A DNA stretch of 64,000 bases from Planktothrix tepida (lineage in GTDB: Bacteria; Cyanobacteriota; Cyanobacteriia; Cyanobacteriales; Microcoleaceae): NCBI RefSeq assembly GCF_904830955.1, contig NZ_LR882970.1; one strand, given 5' to 3'. The notes beneath the pieces are model-generated. The model saw nothing but the letters and a program-made list of their open reading frames with translations, had not been told where the DNA came from and did not search any database. Within the stretch, counting starts at the first letter, position 1; each line of letters starts with the position of its first letter. Shown here in pieces: positions 40,901 to 49,417 of this stretch. The position numbers were made by a program, and so were the translations under genes.

Positions 40901-42064
40901 CGGCCATAATTTCATTTCTAAATCATACAATTTCCAAGCTCTGCGCCAAGTTGCCCAGCCCCAAATATGATTGTACCGAGAAAAGTAGTAACTAGCCCCT
41001 GGATGATTGTGTCCAAATTGAAAATTATTACCTGAGATTGCCATAATTAGTTCATCATGGCGATATCGTTCTAATAATTCTTCACAAAATCGGAAAAATG
41101 TCACATCGGGTAAACAATCATCTTCAAGAATAATGGCTTCTTCAACAGTATTAAAAACCCAATTTAAGCCACTGGAAACTCGATGACGACAGCCTAAGTT
41201 AATATCAGAATAGTGGGTTAAAACTTCACAATCCCAATCCACTTGATTAATAATTGCTCTGGTGGCTGCACATTTTTGAAATTCACCGTTTACATTCCGT
41301 CGCGGGCCATCAGCAATGACCAGGAGTTTTTCGGGTTTCACCTGACGAATTGCATTAAACACTTGCTGCGTTGTGTCCGGTCTGTTGAAAATCATTAAAC
41401 AAACCGGAGTTGTTAATTGGGGTTTTTGATCAAGTTCAGATAAATTTTTAAGCGGATAACTTACCCCAGGTTTTCTAGCTTCTGCATAAATAGATTCATG
41501 CTTTCTCGTTTCTAAATCTAAACCGGGTTCAAACTCCCTGAGCTTAACATTTTCAAAACCAACATTAGCAATAATTATGGGTAAGTTTTCGTTATCAAAC
41601 AGATAACGATGATGACCATCCATATAAGCGATATAATTAATAAAATCTATTTTAGAATGATAGTGATAGGCAGGGGTATAAAGACAATACTTTTCAGGAT
41701 CGAATTGATCGGGTTTCTCATAAGATTCTATATAAATTCTGGCATCGGGGACAGCTATTTTAAAAATACCTCCGGGTTTTAAAACGCGATAGCATTCTGA
41801 AAGCAAGTTCAGCATCGGATCAGGAAACGAAAAGTGTTCTAATAGATGAGAGGAGTAAATTTCTTCTACGCAGTTATCAGGAAAGGGTAGAGGTTTTGAC
41901 AAATCCATACATAAATCACTATTGGGATCTAAATCCATTGTGAGCCACCCTTCCATTCTCTTCTGGGAAGAACCTAACTCAATTTTGATGGGTTTTCCCC
42001 TTTCTAAAATCAACTGAATTAAATGTTGATTTTTGATGGCAATCTGTGATAAAAAGTCATTCAT
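37913..42064 (-). CDS. 1383-aa multidomain enzyme: class I SAM-MTase + GT-A-like glycosyltransferase + TPR repeats + CmcI-family MTase + TylF/MycF-family O-MTase + a further class I MTase
   Basis: Successive domain signatures read from the translation (VLKPGGIFKIAVPD; LMIFNRPD…ILEDDCLPD; TPR block; IIEIGSKSGGSALWF; FVECGVEKGGSTALLAAVL…DSFQGLP; IEIGSFAGSSLFL…MFHDY). Confidence 0.6.
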   Translation of the reverse strand: MNDFLSQIAIKNQHLIQLILERGKPIKIELGSSQKRMEGWLTMDLDPNSDLCMDLSKPLPFPDNCVEEIYSSHLLEHFSFPDPMLNLLSECYRVLKPGGIFKIAVPDARIYIESYEKPDQFDPEKYCLYTPAYHYHSKIDFINYIAYMDGHHRYLFDNENLPIIIANVGFENVKLREFEPGLDLETRKHESIYAEARKPGVSYPLKNLSELDQKPQLTTPVCLMIFNRPDTTQQVFNAIRQVKPEKLLVIADGPRRNVNGEFQKCAATRAIINQVDWDCEVLTHYSDINLGCRHRVSSGLNWVFNTVEEAIILEDDCLPDVTFFRFCEELLERYRHDELIMAISGNNFQFGHNHPGASYYFSRYNHIWGWATWRRAWKLYDLEMKLWPSIRDTGRLQQILENPEVIAYWSRIFQDAYEGFNTWDYAWTFACWANQGLTILPHVNLVSNIGFRADATHTKGESQLANLPTQPISFPLQHPTVVMRNRQADHWTEAIMFSSTVSPTQEKLNSEGIERLSQGIESLNKNENLEALNLFKEVLEIAPEQSGVYYAKAIAEARLGQLFESLDSLKALLNLNPNHSQGQRLLEQLSTEAKQKIKAQIEKAISLFNQGQKVAALRCAEKNKEAGIFIPEMHYIRAVCLSAVGRYEEALAAAKQELENNPNHPEAQAQVQSLTQALIRPEKAKIPTHERPWNTALPYELMMSIQNALHNFSYKGVPLQKNPFDYSIYPVLLWKIKPQTIIEIGSKSGGSALWFGDLMNNFGIEGHVYSIDIVKVTQVSHPRVTFLEGDGSNLAETLSPKFIQSLPRPLLVIEDADHSFTTSKAVLDFFHAYLDQGEYIIVEDGIISDIVQDASYNSGPHQALKSFLSEHPQDYEIDGEYCDFFGYNLTWATNGFLKKQTLAKIRASIPQSIKSKSTNIKSQSLPPDYPEFQELLQIVSPYTGLSEERLYSLFSLAKKVCIDNIPGNFVECGVEKGGSTALLAAVLTRYSKQPRLLYAFDSFQGLPKPSEFDRYQGVSAESLGLTQGSCAAPESSVLNLCAKLGVSDVVRTVKGYFQDTLPQFRNSVGVIALLHMDGDWYESTKVILEQLFDRVVNDGFIQVDNYGHWEGCKKALHEFEEKNHLKFNLNPIDYTGVWLTTPDQFPLNPIIEPNLLNDFNQDDPVVYGIQSQMSKNERFQLYYVLRKLLPEFSQPLRFIEIGSFAGSSLFLTCKALNRLTSNLQGFAIDPGLHPQLKLVLQEVKQNVTHLQQFSHDAVIQLQLKFEQDSNFPPFIFVDGDHSYEGVKQDIINYYPLLKPGGIMMFHDYLPALNDENRSAILSHHGGNEPGIRQACQELMEDTYRCELIDIPLLYPTDPTQTQAYLPIIPGVFSTIRVYRKPIN

Positions 42065-42111
42065 TTTTTAATCCTCTTTATAAGTTTTAAACACAATCTC
42101 ACTATCATCAT

Positions 42112-43371
42112 TTAATTATCTTGAGTAGGAGAGGGTTTGGGATTCATGACTTGAAAACATCCTTTTCCTAAAATAGATTGTTTCTGGCTGGGAACTCCCT
42201 GGCTTTCTAAAATATCAAATTTCCTAAAAAACAAAGAGGTACAATTTTTATAAGTGTAGCTAGAAATAATCCCCCAGAAATCCAGACGTTTATAACCTTC
42301 ATTGGCTAATTTTTGAACAGAGGAGTCATAATTGTAATCATCGGTATTATCAAAGATAATTAAGCCCCTTTCTTTAATGTGATTTAAACTTATTTCCAAA
42401 CACCGATTTCGATTAGCTCCATCAACAATAATAACATCAAAGTAATCCGATGGAAAGGAAGAAATCATTTCTGCATATTCTTGTTCATCTTCTCGTAAAA
42501 AAATTTGAACATTTTTAGGCATTTTAGCCTTGATTTCTTCAAACCAATTGGCATCATTTTCAATAGAAATAACTTCTGAAACTCGTTGTGACCACCATAA
42601 GGTTGAGTTACCTGCTCCAAATTCAAAGACTTTAAAATCAGGCTTAACTTTATCTTCTAAAAATTCAATCGCTGGATAGGTATACCAGGGAAGGGGTTGA
42701 TTATCTTGAGTTACAGGTTTTCTTTGATATAGTGAATTCAACCATCCTGATGTCAGAAAATAATTAATTCCCGGAGGAAGATTAGCCGCAACTTCATACC
42801 AATTTAAAGATAGAATTAAACTATGAGCTACTGGAATTGAATACCCTTTTTCTACTAAGTCAGGATAATCTGACAATAGCTGTTTTCCTAATTCAGCAGA
42901 TTCAACAAATCTTTGAGCGTTAAAACATTGTTGGGTGAGTTGTAATTTAAAGTTTTTTTGTTGTTCATTAATTGTCGATAGAAATTCATATTTTTCTAAA
43001 TCAGTTACTTGCTCTAAGGTGACAATCGGAATAATATCTGACCATTCATTGAGTTGGCTTTTGTTGACGTTATTACCTAATATCTTATAATTTATTTTTA
43101 AAATGGAGTTAAACCATTCTTCAAAATTTTGGGAACTAACTAAACTAATATTAAGAGCATCTTCTAATTGTTCATTTCCCTCGATCATCAAGTTCATCAT
43201 TACACCTGATACATACAGGTCTGCTTCTTGACCAGGAAACTGATCATAGTCGATAAAAATAGATAAATTGCTTCTGTCAGGATGGTTGAGAAAGGCTTTG
43301 ATTATTGTTGTCAATTCTAACAAAAGCTCAGGCTCTGGTGATGCCCAGTTGAACAGAACCAAAAAATTCAT
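42112..43371 (-). CDS. Uncharacterised N-terminal domain (same family as the repeats in the GT4 protein) fused to a class I SAM-dependent methyltransferase
   Basis: N-terminal …LYVSGVMMNLMIEGNEQLEDAL…. C-terminal MTase motif I VFEFGAGNSTLWW and …IIVDGANRN…. Confidence 0.6.
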   Translation of the reverse strand: MNFLVLFNWASPEPELLLELTTIIKAFLNHPDRSNLSIFIDYDQFPGQEADLYVSGVMMNLMIEGNEQLEDALNISLVSSQNFEEWFNSILKINYKILGNNVNKSQLNEWSDIIPIVTLEQVTDLEKYEFLSTINEQQKNFKLQLTQQCFNAQRFVESAELGKQLLSDYPDLVEKGYSIPVAHSLILSLNWYEVAANLPPGINYFLTSGWLNSLYQRKPVTQDNQPLPWYTYPAIEFLEDKVKPDFKVFEFGAGNSTLWWSQRVSEVISIENDANWFEEIKAKMPKNVQIFLREDEQEYAEMISSFPSDYFDVIIVDGANRNRCLEISLNHIKERGLIIFDNTDDYNYDSSVQKLANEGYKRLDFWGIISSYTYKNCTSLFFRKFDILESQGVPSQKQSILGKGCFQVMNPKPSPTQDN

Positions 43372-43618
43372 AGACTCGGAGCCTTCTAGGGGATTATGGT
43401 TTTAGTATACCCTGTGGGTTTCAGAAAATGATCATTTTTGCTGTATTAATTTTTTGTAAGATATTATAGTTTAGATTAGTCAGTGTTTAAATCGCTTGTA
43501 TAATATTTGACTAGCTGATGATTTAACGAAATTAATCTGTTAAAATAGATCTGAAGTACAATTGATTTATTTTTTCATAGTTTAATCGTTAACCTATATC
43601 TTGACCAGATAATAAATC

Positions 43619-46600
43619 ATGAAAATTATAAACTTTTTAGATCTTTATTCCTCAATAGAAGAATCCCATGATTTAGTTAATAACTGGTCACTCTTATTTC
43701 CTGAGCTACAGTTTATTTTAAAACTGGGAGATCCTGAAAACAATATTTATCTTCCTCTATTGTTAAACTTAGCAGTTCGCAATTTAGAAAATCAGGAAAT
43801 TTATTGCCAAATCGGGGTAAATTATGTTAGTAGTTTAATGGGTGCGTTACTGAATAATCCTGACTCTATAGCTTATGTGGTCGATTCCTTCTATGAAAAA
43901 GATGAATCCCAAAGTTATGAATCTAGCGTTGAAATTTTAGATGCTTTAAATTTTAGTAATCAAGTATTTTTATGTGATCAAGAACCAGAAGAATTTTTAT
44001 TAGAACTAAGAGAAGTTGAATTTGAGAATCAAATCGGTGTTTGTTTCTACGATTGGAAAACTGATTATCGTTCTGTTCTGAATAGCTTATTATTGATTAA
44101 TTCTTTTTTATCTGATCAAGCATTAATTATTGTTAATGATGCAAATCATGCCAGTGTTCAGCAAGCTATATGGGATTTTATCGCAGCAACACCTGAATGT
44201 CAAGTTGAACTAGAACTATTACCTCAGACTGATGAACCACTCCTGTTTGAAGATAGGATTTTTATTATCAGTCGGGATATCAACAGAACTTTTAACTATC
44301 AAACAGTGGCTTTGCTAAACCATCGCCAACCTCAAGTCATTCAAAGAATTTCTCAGTTACATCAATTCGACAAATTATTAAATAAAATTTATCAGGAAGC
44401 TGTCGATTTTCATCAAAACGAAAAATTTAATGAAGCCGAAAACAAATATCAAGAATTTATTGATTTTAATCCAAATCATCTGGAAGCGTGGATGAATTTA
44501 GGAAAGTTATATTATCAAATCGAAAATTATCAAGCATCTCTGCACGCTAGTTACAAGTTAATAGCACTGACTCCTCAAAGGTTTGACGGATATTATCAAT
44601 TAGGTCAATGCTTTGAAAAATTGAATCAAGTTGAACAAGCGATCGCAGCCTACGAAAAAACAATCGCATTAAAACCTGATTATCTTGATGCCTATAATAA
44701 CTTAGGAAATCTCTTAACGCAACAAGGGCAATTTGCAGAAGCAGAAACAGTTTATCGTCAAGCAATAAAGATTAACCCTAATCATTTTGGTAGTTACTTG
44801 AATTTAGGCAATTTATTTTTATTGCAAAATCAATTTCAATTCGCTAAAGCAACCTATCAAAAAGGTTTAAGGATTATTCCAGATCAGCCTGATATTCTGC
44901 ATAACTTAGCTCTAACGGATGAAATAGAAAAAAATCCGATTCCTTATTATCGTAGTTTTGGCGATCGCTTGTATGAATTAGGCAATTATGAAGGAGCGAT
45001 CACAGAATATCAAAAAATCCTCAATTTGCAAGCGGGAGATGTTGATCTTTATGAAAAACTCAATCACTGTTACTGGCAACTCAACCAACCGAATGATGCC
45101 ATAGATATCTTGAAAATAGGAACAAAAATTTATCCTGATTTTGCCCCCCTTCATTTTACATTAATTATGAATCTTCTTTATCAAGGAAGAACAGAAGAAG
45201 CCGTTAAACAAGCGGAACTAGCATCAGAATACTTACCCAAAGATTATACCTTTACGTTGCTTAAACATTTAATTGTTCCGATGTTGTATCACTCCGTTGA
45301 GGAAATCAATAATTATCGTGAACGATTTAATCAAGGATTACAAAATTTAATTGCAACGACCGATTTAAATGATCCTGAAACCTTAGAACAATCGTTTTTA
45401 GGAATGGGACGATTTACCAATTTTTATTTAGGGTATCAAGCGAGAAATGTGGTTGAAGAACAACGCATTTATGGTCATTTTCTTTATCAAATAATGTCGA
45501 AGAAATATCCCCAGTGGGTTCAAACGCTAACTCTCCCTCCTGTAGAAGATAAAATAAGAGTTGGATATGTTTCCAGTTATTTACATTGTTATAGTGGTTC
45601 ACTCTGGTTAATCGGTTGGTTGCGCTATGCGAATCGTGATCAGTTTGAAATTTACGCTTATTATACGGGGAATTCTCCTGATCCTGTTACGGAAAAATTT
45701 AGACAATATAGTCATAAATTTTATCATATTCCTAATAATTTAGAAGCGGTTGCTGAACAAATTATTAAGGATCAACTGCATATTTTAGTCTATCCCGAAA
45801 TTGGCATGAACCCCCCAACAATGGAACTTGCAGCATTGCGTTTAGCACCTATTCAATGCACAGCTTGGGGTCATCCCGTCACATCAGGACTTCCAACCAT
45901 TGATTATTTCCTATCGAGTCAATTAATGGAACCGGAAAACGCACAGAAACATTATTCAGAAGCCTTAATTTTATTACCGAATATTGGGGTTGCTTATCCG
46001 AAACCTCAAGATATTCCACCGTTAGTTAAAACTCGATTAGACTATAATTTACCCGAAGATACGGTGATTTATTTATGTTGTCAAGCTCCCTTTAAATATC
46101 TTCCCCAATATGATTATATTTTACCGGAAATTGCGATCAAGGTTCCGAACGCTAAGTTTTTATTTTTCCGAGGAACATTACTCAATGATCGCTTAAATCA
46201 AGCTTTTTCTAACTATGGCTTAAATTATCAGGATTATTGTTTACATCGAAAAGTTGACGAACGCTTTGATTATTTAATGTTAAACCAACTTTCGGATGTG
46301 TTTTTAGATACCTTTACTTGGTCGGGAGGAAATACCTCTTTAGAAGCGATCGCTTGTTATTTACCTATTGTCACTTGTCCTGGGGAATTTATGCGAGGTC
46401 GTCATGCAGATAGTTTCCTAAAAATGATGGGTTTAACAGAAACTATTGCAAAAAATGAAGCAGAATATATTGAAATTGCGGTCAAATTAGGGTTAGATTC
46501 TATATGGCGTGAAACAATTTCTCAACAGATGGGTGAACGCCAAAATCTTCTATTTGATGATCAAGTTTGTGTGACTGCGCTAGAGGAATTTTATCAAGCT

Positions 46601-46624
46601 GTCACTAAAGCTAGACTTTCATAA
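43619..46624 (+). CDS. Second TPR + GT41 (OGT/SPINDLY-like) protein, 1001 aa, with N-terminal domain distantly resembling the same uncharacterised domain
   Basis: TPR block (aa ~260-520). GT41 C-terminal pattern (VGYVSSYLHCYSGSLWLIGWL…APIQCTAWGHPVTSGLPTIDYFLSS…). N-terminal …VNYVSSLMGALLNNPD…. Confidence 0.65.
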   Translation: MKIINFLDLYSSIEESHDLVNNWSLLFPELQFILKLGDPENNIYLPLLLNLAVRNLENQEIYCQIGVNYVSSLMGALLNNPDSIAYVVDSFYEKDESQSYESSVEILDALNFSNQVFLCDQEPEEFLLELREVEFENQIGVCFYDWKTDYRSVLNSLLLINSFLSDQALIIVNDANHASVQQAIWDFIAATPECQVELELLPQTDEPLLFEDRIFIISRDINRTFNYQTVALLNHRQPQVIQRISQLHQFDKLLNKIYQEAVDFHQNEKFNEAENKYQEFIDFNPNHLEAWMNLGKLYYQIENYQASLHASYKLIALTPQRFDGYYQLGQCFEKLNQVEQAIAAYEKTIALKPDYLDAYNNLGNLLTQQGQFAEAETVYRQAIKINPNHFGSYLNLGNLFLLQNQFQFAKATYQKGLRIIPDQPDILHNLALTDEIEKNPIPYYRSFGDRLYELGNYEGAITEYQKILNLQAGDVDLYEKLNHCYWQLNQPNDAIDILKIGTKIYPDFAPLHFTLIMNLLYQGRTEEAVKQAELASEYLPKDYTFTLLKHLIVPMLYHSVEEINNYRERFNQGLQNLIATTDLNDPETLEQSFLGMGRFTNFYLGYQARNVVEEQRIYGHFLYQIMSKKYPQWVQTLTLPPVEDKIRVGYVSSYLHCYSGSLWLIGWLRYANRDQFEIYAYYTGNSPDPVTEKFRQYSHKFYHIPNNLEAVAEQIIKDQLHILVYPEIGMNPPTMELAALRLAPIQCTAWGHPVTSGLPTIDYFLSSQLMEPENAQKHYSEALILLPNIGVAYPKPQDIPPLVKTRLDYNLPEDTVIYLCCQAPFKYLPQYDYILPEIAIKVPNAKFLFFRGTLLNDRLNQAFSNYGLNYQDYCLHRKVDERFDYLMLNQLSDVFLDTFTWSGGNTSLEAIACYLPIVTCPGEFMRGRHADSFLKMMGLTETIAKNEAEYIEIAVKLGLDSIWRETISQQMGERQNLLFDDQVCVTALEEFYQAVTKARLS

Positions 46625-46759
46625 AAAATTGGTGTTCTTTCTGAATTTCGTTGAATTTCATTATGGACTTGAGCGATTGTTAATTCCAACTGTCCTAAAC
46701 GTTCTAACTCAATTTCAATATGCGTCACCCGTTCCTGCACTTGACTGGCTGAACTGGAG

Positions 46760-47185
46760 TTATTTTTGATTTCCCTGTTTTAATTGAGTTAATAACTGTT
46801 GATAATCTTGTCGATCAGGATTTAATTTTATTAAATTATTTAAGGGTTCAATTGCTCCTTGAATGTTATTTTGTTCTAGTCTAACCTTCACTAAACCTTC
46901 TAAAGCAGTCGGGTTATTGGGTTCCCGTTTTAATACCGTTTCATAACCTTTTTCTTGCTTTTGTAATAAAGCACTTGCAGATTGTTCTTCTGTAGGTTGA
47001 GTGGGTTGAGGTTCGCGTTCAAAAACACCTTTAAAAACTTTGCCTAATCCAAAGATACTGGTTCCAAAAAAAGACACCATTGATAGCACAAGCACAATTT
47101 TTTGTATCTTCTTAGAGCGTTCCATTCGGCGCATACGCTCTGTCCCATATTGCCTTTCTAAGGATTCCTTCTCGACGGGATTCAT
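46760..47185 (-). CDS. Small membrane-anchored TPR-like protein, paralogous to the core of ORF 19161-20111
   Basis: Shared motif KGYETVLKREPNNPTALEGLVKVRLEQ; single TM. Confidence 0.45.
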   Translation of the reverse strand: MNPVEKESLERQYGTERMRRMERSKKIQKIVLVLSMVSFFGTSIFGLGKVFKGVFEREPQPTQPTEEQSASALLQKQEKGYETVLKREPNNPTALEGLVKVRLEQNNIQGAIEPLNNLIKLNPDRQDYQQLLTQLKQGNQK

Positions 47186-47257
47186 GGCTAATACCTTCCT
47201 CAGATTCTTGATTAGTTGGCTTGAATAGCACCTATTTTGAGAATACCCTGTTTGTTC

Positions 47258-48043
47258 TCAAAAGTGATCAGAACTAGATTCGGGTAATTCGCCAAACTGT
47301 TGACGGTAAAGGTTTAGCAACGTTTCTAACTCTTGGGAACGCTGTTGAGCTTCTTCGGCTTGACGTTGAGCTTCTTCGGCTTGACGTTGAGCTTCTTCGG
47401 CTTTTTGTGCAGATAATTCATCAACTGTGGGTAGAATTTCACCCTCTGAAGTAGCCCATCTTAGCCAGACCGTTTCGACGGTTTTATAACTTCCTGACCA
47501 TCGCACTAATGATAAGCCTAATTGTTGACTGACTAATCGATTAAATTGATCAGGAAAAATCGGTTCATAACTGCCATTAATTAACGTAAATCCTGCCCAA
47601 TCATCAGGATTAAAGGGATCATACCAAAAATATTCAGGAACCCGAACTTGATTTTGATAGATGAGTTTTTTGTTTGTTTTATCTTCTGGGGCGGTACTTT
47701 GTGATAATAATTCAATAATCACATCGGGGGCTTTTCCTTCTTCCCAAACCACCCAACTTTTTCGTTCTTTTTTGGGAACGCCTAATACGGCAAAAAAATC
47801 AGGACCTTTGAAGTCTTGGTTTCGCACTTGAGCTAAACTAAAATAGAGAAACATATTCCCCCCAACATAACCATCTTCTCGTTGTTCTAACCAAGGAATT
47901 AACTGATCAATCAGCAAATCCATTTGCAGTTTATGGCGTTGAGTTTCCATCGGGACTCCATCGTCACAAGGTAGTTCATCTTGCGTGGGCGGTAATATTA
48001 ACCCAAAGGGGATTGTTTCTTGTGGTGGTGACATAGCTCTCAA
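47258..48043 (-). CDS. Uma2-family (DUF820) putative endonuclease with C-terminal (AEEAQRQ)3 repeat
   Basis: Family-typical length and core. C-terminal 21-nt x3 tandem repeat at 47344-47406. Confidence 0.5.
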   Translation of the reverse strand: MRAMSPPQETIPFGLILPPTQDELPCDDGVPMETQRHKLQMDLLIDQLIPWLEQREDGYVGGNMFLYFSLAQVRNQDFKGPDFFAVLGVPKKERKSWVVWEEGKAPDVIIELLSQSTAPEDKTNKKLIYQNQVRVPEYFWYDPFNPDDWAGFTLINGSYEPIFPDQFNRLVSQQLGLSLVRWSGSYKTVETVWLRWATSEGEILPTVDELSAQKAEEAQRQAEEAQRQAEEAQQRSQELETLLNLYRQQFGELPESSSDHF

Positions 48044-48133
48044 TTAATCTATTGATTAATGATTTTAGAGACATTATATCATAGCAATCTACCATAATGG
48101 TAAATGGAGTAACCATTCAAGTTACAACACAGA

Positions 48134-49213
48134 TTATAAAACCCTACAATTCTTGATTTTTTCTAGGGTGGCTTTCATTAATTCTGTTGTTTGACCGGAT
48201 ACGTTAAAAACTAACGCTTCTCGATAAATTCTTTGGGCGAAATGGCTGTTTAAATTAGCAGCACCACTGGAGACTGTTATCGCAGCGTGGGCGCAACGCA
48301 CGGCTAATTCTATCGCCCAAGCGCGGAGTTTATATTTTTCTGAGGGATTAAGTGTTTGAGGATGATTGTGAGCCGAAAATATTTGAGAGCGACATTGATT
48401 GAGTTCTTGGTTTAAAGAATTAAAGGCATCTTGAATAACGGAAAAATTTGTTTTTTGAAAGGCTGTTTCTACAATATCTAATCCGGCTCTTGCACAGCCT
48501 AATGCTAAAAAACTAGCTTGTAGAACTTTGGCTTTATCATTCTCTTGCATCCAGCCAACGGGATGAATAGAAACGACTTTTTCTGTTGGTAAAAACCATT
48601 GGGTAAAGGTGGCTGTTACGGTATTAGTGGAAGTCATGCCGCAAAGGGATAGGGGAGGACTTAATGCTATCGTACTTTCTCCTATTTTTTGTTCGCAAAA
48701 GGGGACTAACCCCCAAACAGATTGACCATCAGGTAATATTGCAGCAACTACAAATTCTTCAAAAATTTCCCATCCTGTTATCCAAGGAACAAAACCATTA
48801 AGTTGGTATCCCCCCGTTACAGGAATAGCAATAATTGAGGGATTTCCTAACCGTCTTAAGTGGGAGAATCCTACACCAATTTTAACAGTTCCATAGCTCA
48901 TTTTGGGTAAATAATCTGCTTGTAATTGAGCATTAGAGCTTTGAATTAACATCCCAGCAACACTTTGATGTTGAGTTTGCAAAAAAGCTAAGGCACCTGA
49001 ATAACGGGCGATTAATTCTTGAAATTTAAAAAAGGTTTCTGCATCGAGTTGTCGTCCTCCCCAACCCTGGGGAATTCTTAATCCTAAAACCCCTAATTCT
49101 CCTAATCCGTTAAAGGCTTCATGAAGGGATTTTGAACAGCGATCAATTTGATTCGCATGGGGGTAAATCTTTTGTTTTAAATAGGATTCTGTTTGTTGTA
49201 GCAGTTCAGACAC
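48134..49213 (-). CDS. Acyl-CoA dehydrogenase-family protein
   Basis: ACAD middle-domain motif GYQLNGFVPWITGW and the N-terminal helical domain. Confidence 0.6.
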   Translation of the reverse strand: MSELLQQTESYLKQKIYPHANQIDRCSKSLHEAFNGLGELGVLGLRIPQGWGGRQLDAETFFKFQELIARYSGALAFLQTQHQSVAGMLIQSSNAQLQADYLPKMSYGTVKIGVGFSHLRRLGNPSIIAIPVTGGYQLNGFVPWITGWEIFEEFVVAAILPDGQSVWGLVPFCEQKIGESTIALSPPLSLCGMTSTNTVTATFTQWFLPTEKVVSIHPVGWMQENDKAKVLQASFLALGCARAGLDIVETAFQKTNFSVIQDAFNSLNQELNQCRSQIFSAHNHPQTLNPSEKYKLRAWAIELAVRCAHAAITVSSGAANLNSHFAQRIYREALVFNVSGQTTELMKATLEKIKNCRVL

Positions 49214-49417
49214 AATATATTGAGTTTAGGGTAAAATTATAACGGTTTTCAATCTAGTGAACAGTTCGAGGTGGAAACCGGGTTTTTGGGAAAAAGCCCA
49301 TACCTTGTTTTTCAATGCACAAATTTTGCTTTTTGTCAATCCCCCTGTTTCTCAGGCGATCATTTTTGTTTGTCCAAAATTCGAGCATCGCAGGGTAGGA
49401 ATTGGCAGCGAAACTCA

